In this document: positions 58,661-64,000 of the stretch, piece after piece
Layout of the letters: every line of letters begins with the position of its first letter
How positions within the stretch are numbered: the stretch's first letter is position 1
Assembly (NCBI RefSeq): GCF_963921235.1
Contig: NC_086097.1
Coordinates: 83,950,001 to 84,014,000, forward strand
Length of the DNA: 64,000 nucleotides
Direction: 5' to 3'
DNA from: Mobula hypostoma
Taxonomy: Eukaryota
Made by a program: the position numbers and the translations under genes
The notes under the pieces: model-generated
Told to the model about the DNA's origin: nothing
The model's input: the letters and a program-made list of their open reading frames with translations, nothing else
Databases searched by the model: none

Positions 58661-61600
58661 TGTTATGTTTTGTAACTCCAGAAACTAATTGAAAGAAAAA
58701 TATGGAAACCTTAGTGAGGTGCACATTTATGACGTGGTATGCCATTCATGTACTTTTAAATATAACCCATAATGACTTATGTAAACAACGAAGAATGCTT
58801 AATCAAACAATATATTTACAATATTGCTGAAATACTAAATATACAACATTCCTCCCTATTTAACTATAAACCCCAGCCCAGTATATAGAATGCACCTCAA
58901 CTATATATGAACATACAATATATATACTGTACACAGTGTATTATATAATACGACTACTACATACACATTCACAGCATAGTAAATGTAAATTGTCCCATTC
59001 TGACTTAAAGATCAAATCACTGTGGGGGATTTCTTACTCTTGTGCGACAATGTCTTTCCTGACAGGGGTGGTGGGATGTGGTCACTCTGGTTGGCAGGTG
59101 AGACTTGTGGCTGTGAAACAATCTCAGGTTCTGGGGCCTCCTTCGTGGTGGTTGTAGGAGTTGACTCTGGGATTCTTACACATCTCCTCTGTGCAGGAGA
59201 CCAGTCCAATTCTGTCCTTGACCTTCCCAAGTACACACTTTTGATCACCTATAGTCCCTCACCAGGACCGCTTGTCCAGGAGTGAAATATTAAAACTCCT
59301 TGCTTTTGGAGCCTTCAATTTGTCTCAGCTATTTGTCCTGCATACTCCTTCTGAGATTGGGTTTGAGCAGATCCAAACGTGAGCTCAAGGGGTGACCCAG
59401 GAGCAGCATAGCTGGTGAGTTGTTGGTTGTGGAGTGTGCTGCATTGTGATATGCAAGGAGGAAATTGGCGAGTTTCTGATTCAATGTTAGTGCAGTATGT
59501 TCTGCTGACAATGCTTGCAGCGTGTTCTTTAGATTCTGGACATATCTTTCTGCCAAACCATTTGTATTTGGGTGATATGGTGCTGAGGTAATATTCATTT
59601 TCAGGAATGACTGAAACTGTTCCACCACAAACTGTGGTCCATTGTCACTGACTAAGTGTTCTGGAACACCAGTCAATACAAAGAGGCTTCTCAACACATC
59701 AGCAGTGTCCAAGGCGGTAGTGGAGGCTACTGGGAACATTTCTGGCCTCTTTGTAGCTGCATCCACCACTATGACCAAATTAGTTTCCATGAATGGTCCC
59801 ACAAAATCCATATGAATTCTTTGCCAGAGAAATGCAGGTCATTCCCAGGGATGGAGAGACACTGCTCTTGGCATCTTCCGGACATGTTGGCATCCCAAAC
59901 AGTGTGTGGCAAGGTACTTAATCTGCAGATCTATTCCAGGGTACCAGACAAAGCTTCAAGCCACTTTCACTTTGATCACTCCTAGATGACCAGCATCTAG
60001 CTCGTCCAACACTTTAGCTGTTAGCTTAGATGGTGCAACACCTCTCAATCTCCACACAGACCATTCCCCTTCAAGGGTGTTCATCCTGGCACTAGTAAAA
60101 ATGGGGAACTGGAATTTCTGCTGCACATTCCAGCCATTGTGGGTGGCCATGTAGACCGGAGACAGTGTGGGGTCTTTTCTGGTTTCCCTCTGGGTCATCT
60201 CTGCCATAACAGGGAAACTTTTGATTTGCATTAGAGAAAACGTGTCAAGAGAAGTGTCTTCTTTTGTAAATTTTTCAGGTATTTCCTTTTCCAAGGGTAA
60301 CCAGGACAATCACCAGCATTCCCATGATTAGTGGTCTTCTTGAATTCGATTTTGTAATTGTGTCCTCCAAGAAATGGAGCCCATCTCTGCATTTGGCAGT
60401 TGCTGCTAGTGGGGCATCCCTCAGTGGATTGAAAATGAACACTAGTGGTTGATGATCAGTAATGAGGGTAAACGCTCTCCCATACAGATACTGATTGAAA
60501 AGTTTTACACCCCAAACCAGAAAAGGCCTCTCTGTCAATCTATGTGTAATTTTTCTCTGCAGCAGTAAGGGAATGTGATGCAAAGACTATGGAGTGTTCA
60601 CTTCCATCACTCATAACATGTGACATCACTGCACCGATACCATAAGGAGAGGCATCACAGGCAAGCTTCCCTGGTCAGTGTGGATCATAATGTGTGAGTA
60701 TAGTCTCTGATGTCACCATTTCCTATGCTTTTTGGAAAGCCACTTCACACTGCTTTGTCCATTGACATTTCCTCCCAATCTGTAGTAATGAGTTCAAGGT
60801 GTGGAACACAGTAGCCAGGTTTGGCAGGAACCTTTTATAGTAACTGACAAATCCTGAAAAGGACCGCAACTGTGACACGTCCTTTGGCCTTGAAGTATCC
60901 ATCACTGCTTGAATTTTCTCAAAGTTCAAAAGTTTAGTTACATTTATTATCGAAGTATTTATATATTATATAACATTGACATTTGTCTTCTTACAGGCAG
61001 CCACAAAACAAAGAAACCCAAAAGACCCCATTAAAAAAAAGAAGAGAGTTAGATACCCAACGTGCAAAGAAAAAAATATCACACCAACAACAAAAGAAAG
61101 CAAGCAGCTCCCAGAATGAAAGTGAGTCTGCAGACATGAAGCCAGGCATCACTGCAGCTGGAGCAGGCCACAGGCTCAGTTCAGTGCAGAGCCAAGTAAA
61201 CATTGTGGAGCAGCAAGCAGAACCGGTCTGACCCTTGGCTCTGGTCCCGACATCCTGCCTTTTTGATCTGGTTGTACAAACATTGGTTTGTTCCTCACTC
61301 TAGGACCCAGGCTCCGTAGATTCGATACACTCTGGTCCTGGATCTCGCTTCTATGTTTCGGCCTGTGCCTGACCTTTACAAATTGGCCTGGCGCTTATAT
61401 CGACCAAACCTCGGGTCTTTTCTCGCTCTCAGTTTCAGTGGATGGGCCTCACCTCTGCTCACCTCAACTCTACCTTGACCTTGCACTCACTCACTTGTCT
61501 CTGCCTCAACTCCACCTCTCCTTTGTTCACCTCATCTCTACCTTGCCTCCATTTTTGAGGTGATTGTTTACTAGAAATTTTGCCAGAAGAAGTGTTATTA

Positions 61601-64000
61601 ATAAAGTGTTTACTTGTAGCCTTTGTTTTGTTTTCTCCTGATAAGTAGTCAGTAGGCTTCACCAGTGCCATCATAAGCCAGAAAAACACTTGTGTAATCC
61701 TTGTTTGTCAATGACCTGACCATAATAAATGATGCTTAGTTTAAAGAATTCACACTTGTCGTGTTGTGCACAGAACCCATAATCTTTTTTAACACTGTCT
61801 TGGGATTTTGGAGATGTTCCTTGTCATCCGTACTGGTAATAATGATGTCATTCCAGGAACACGGAATGCCTGGTTCATAGCTTTCTGCCAGACTGCAGTG
61901 TAGATGATACTCCGAAAAGAAACCTGTTATAGTGATAAAGCCCAATGTGAATGTTTATGGTGAGAAAAACTTTGGATTCTTCTTCCGCTTCCACCACAGG
62001 CAGGCTTCAACTACATCCACTTTGCTGAAGTGTTTCCCTCCAGAAAGGATAGCAAAGATATCCTCTCTCCTGGGCAAAGGGTATCGATCCACTTTCACAA
62101 CTGGGTTGATGGTGACCTTAAAATCACCACAAATCCTGACAGACCTATCCTTCTTGGTTACTGAGATCACTGACATTACTCTTGGGTTCCACTCAACCAT
62201 GGAAAGAATTCTTACAGCCTCCATGTGACTTAGCTCACCGGCTACTTTATCACAGATGGTGTAAGGAACCGGCCGGGCTTTGTAAAACTTACATATGGCA
62301 TTTTCATTTAACACTATGTTACCCTTTATATGTTTGAGTTTCCCAGTGCCATCCTTGAACACTGCTGTGGCATCATCCAGTACCTTTCTTGGTTTGCTTT
62401 CAATTTACTCTATTGAAAGTGGTGGATGGATCACCAATTAAGTTGTCTCAGCCAATCACCTCCTCAGAATACCGACCCTCCTGGTTTTACCAGATACAAG
62501 CCCAGTTGTCTTGATGGTTGTTGTATTTCACTGTTACCAATAACATTCCCACAGGAGTTATCTTTTCTCCAGTATAAGTTCCTAGTTGGATATTTTCAGT
62601 TCAGATTCTTTGAAATGCCGTTCAAACGGAATGAGCAAATCAGCTAAGCCAGTGTCCAATTCAATTTTAATCAACTTGCTGTTCACTTTTGGTGTAAACC
62701 ATATTGCTTATCTCTTGTTAGTTTTCATGTTGTAAATCTCAAGGCTACTTAGTCCTTTGTTACTCTCATCACTGTCAGTTTTTTTTATCAACAGCATGCA
62801 GATTAGTGCTCTTTTTGAAACTGCAACTTCTTACCTTCTTTTCCCTGTGCATTCCATTAGTTTTGTCTGCCCGACATGCTTTGAATGCATCCTATTTTGT
62901 GGCATTTTCTATAAGATTCACCTTTAAACCTCCATTGGTCTGGTGTATGTGAATCCTTAATACAATGGTAACACAACTTATTCAGCTGGGTAGGTTTATG
63001 TGTAGACTTTGCAATTCTGTTCATGCTCACTTTCATTCCTGACTGCAACTCAATTGCATCTCTAGCTGCTGTTTCCATTGATACAGTGATTTCAGCTGCT
63101 GTTTTAAATGTGAGTTGTGCGTCAGTTAGGAGCCGTATTTGAATGCTTTCTTGTAAGATATGCAAACTACTTGATCTCTCAGTGCATCATTAAGCCCATT
63201 ACTGAACTGACAGTCCTCAGACAATTTCTTCAATTCAGCCAATAAGCGGTAATGGACTTCCCTTGCTTTTGATCCACTTATGAAACCTAAAGCATTCTGA
63301 AATCAACATGGTTCTAAATGTTCCCGCATTGCTTTCACGATATCAACAAAGCTTATTCTGGCTGGTTTGGTTGGCACAGTTAAATTTCTAAGCAAACTGT
63401 ATGCTTTTCCATCTATTACACTCAGTAATACTGGCATTCACTTTTCATTGGCTATTTAATTTGCTTCAAAATACTGCCCAATTCATTCAGTATAAATTAG
63501 CCATTTATCTGTTGTGTAATCGAATGCATCTACCTTTCCAATGAAGCTAGCCACTTCTGCGTTTTTTATTATTATGATTATTATCACCTGGTACTCACTG
63601 TTTATGACCCAGTGAATTTTATCCATTGTCTACACTTTTTTTAAACTTGACCATTTCTCTCCCATTTCTGAAGAAAAAAAATGTGCTGCACTATTTTTTA
63701 AAACTCGAGCTTCTCGCTGTGCTTCAACAGACAGGTAATTGTCTTGGGATAGCTTTAAAGTTTCTTCGATGCCACTGTTATGATTTGTAACTCCAGAAAC
63801 TAATTGAAAGAAAAACATGGGAACCTGGGAATAATGTGGCTACTTCATTTTACTTTTGTGAAGTATGCACGTATGACATGGTGGTCTAATGACGTATGCC
63901 ATTCACATACCTTTACATAAAACTTGTAATGGATTATGAAATAGCAAACAATGCTTAATCAAACGATATATTTAGAATATTACTCAAATATTACTGAAAT
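58661..64000 (-). mobile_element. Degenerate Gypsy/Ty3 LTR retrotransposon 2 (5' LTR runs off the window)
   Basis: 3' LTR 58661-58848 with adjacent PPT; 5' LTR starts at 63776 (TGTTATG...) with PBS-like TGGCATCGAAG. Broken gag (62857-63165), RT (61955-62362), RNase H and integrase (59329-59811; VSDNGPQF, PYHPNTNGLAER). Confidence 0.92.
60921..61686 (-). mobile_element. Non-autonomous retroelement inserted in Gypsy 2 pol
   Basis: Interrupts GLHKC|EKIQAV; minus strand ends AATAAA...(TTTGAAC)n-like tail; family unidentified. Confidence 0.6.

Overview
Eukaryotic, repeat-rich vertebrate DNA. The repeat families suggest a cartilaginous fish, probably a ray (inference). The only host genes I can support are two intact, tandem, same-strand (+) paralogs of the splicing factor SRSF5. 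Copy 1 has its CDS at 23885-28455 (272 aa) and copy 2 at 38164-45736 (282 aa). Each has a CpG-rich promoter, a non-coding first exon, 7 coding exons with GT-AG borders, and a ~0.5 kb stop-containing poison exon that stays clearly alignable between the copies. The rest is mostly mobile DNA: two degenerate Gypsy LTR proviruses (1725-14128 and 58661 to the window end), two near-identical young CR1 LINEs with open EN+RT frames inside the first provirus, many older CR1 and Rex1/Babar fragments, and Tigger, hAT, Harbinger-like and Chapaev-like DNA transposons. The most striking non-genic signal is a cluster of Penelope-like element ends carrying minimal type-I hammerhead ribozyme motifs. These occur as same-strand tandem pairs (387 and 531 nt apart) and as TSD-flanked perfect fold-back hairpins, one of them a 90-bp stem in SRSF5 copy 1 intron 1. 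Hammerheads in Penelope elements are a known phenomenon; the local arrangements and their possible effects are inference. No database search or folding computation was run.
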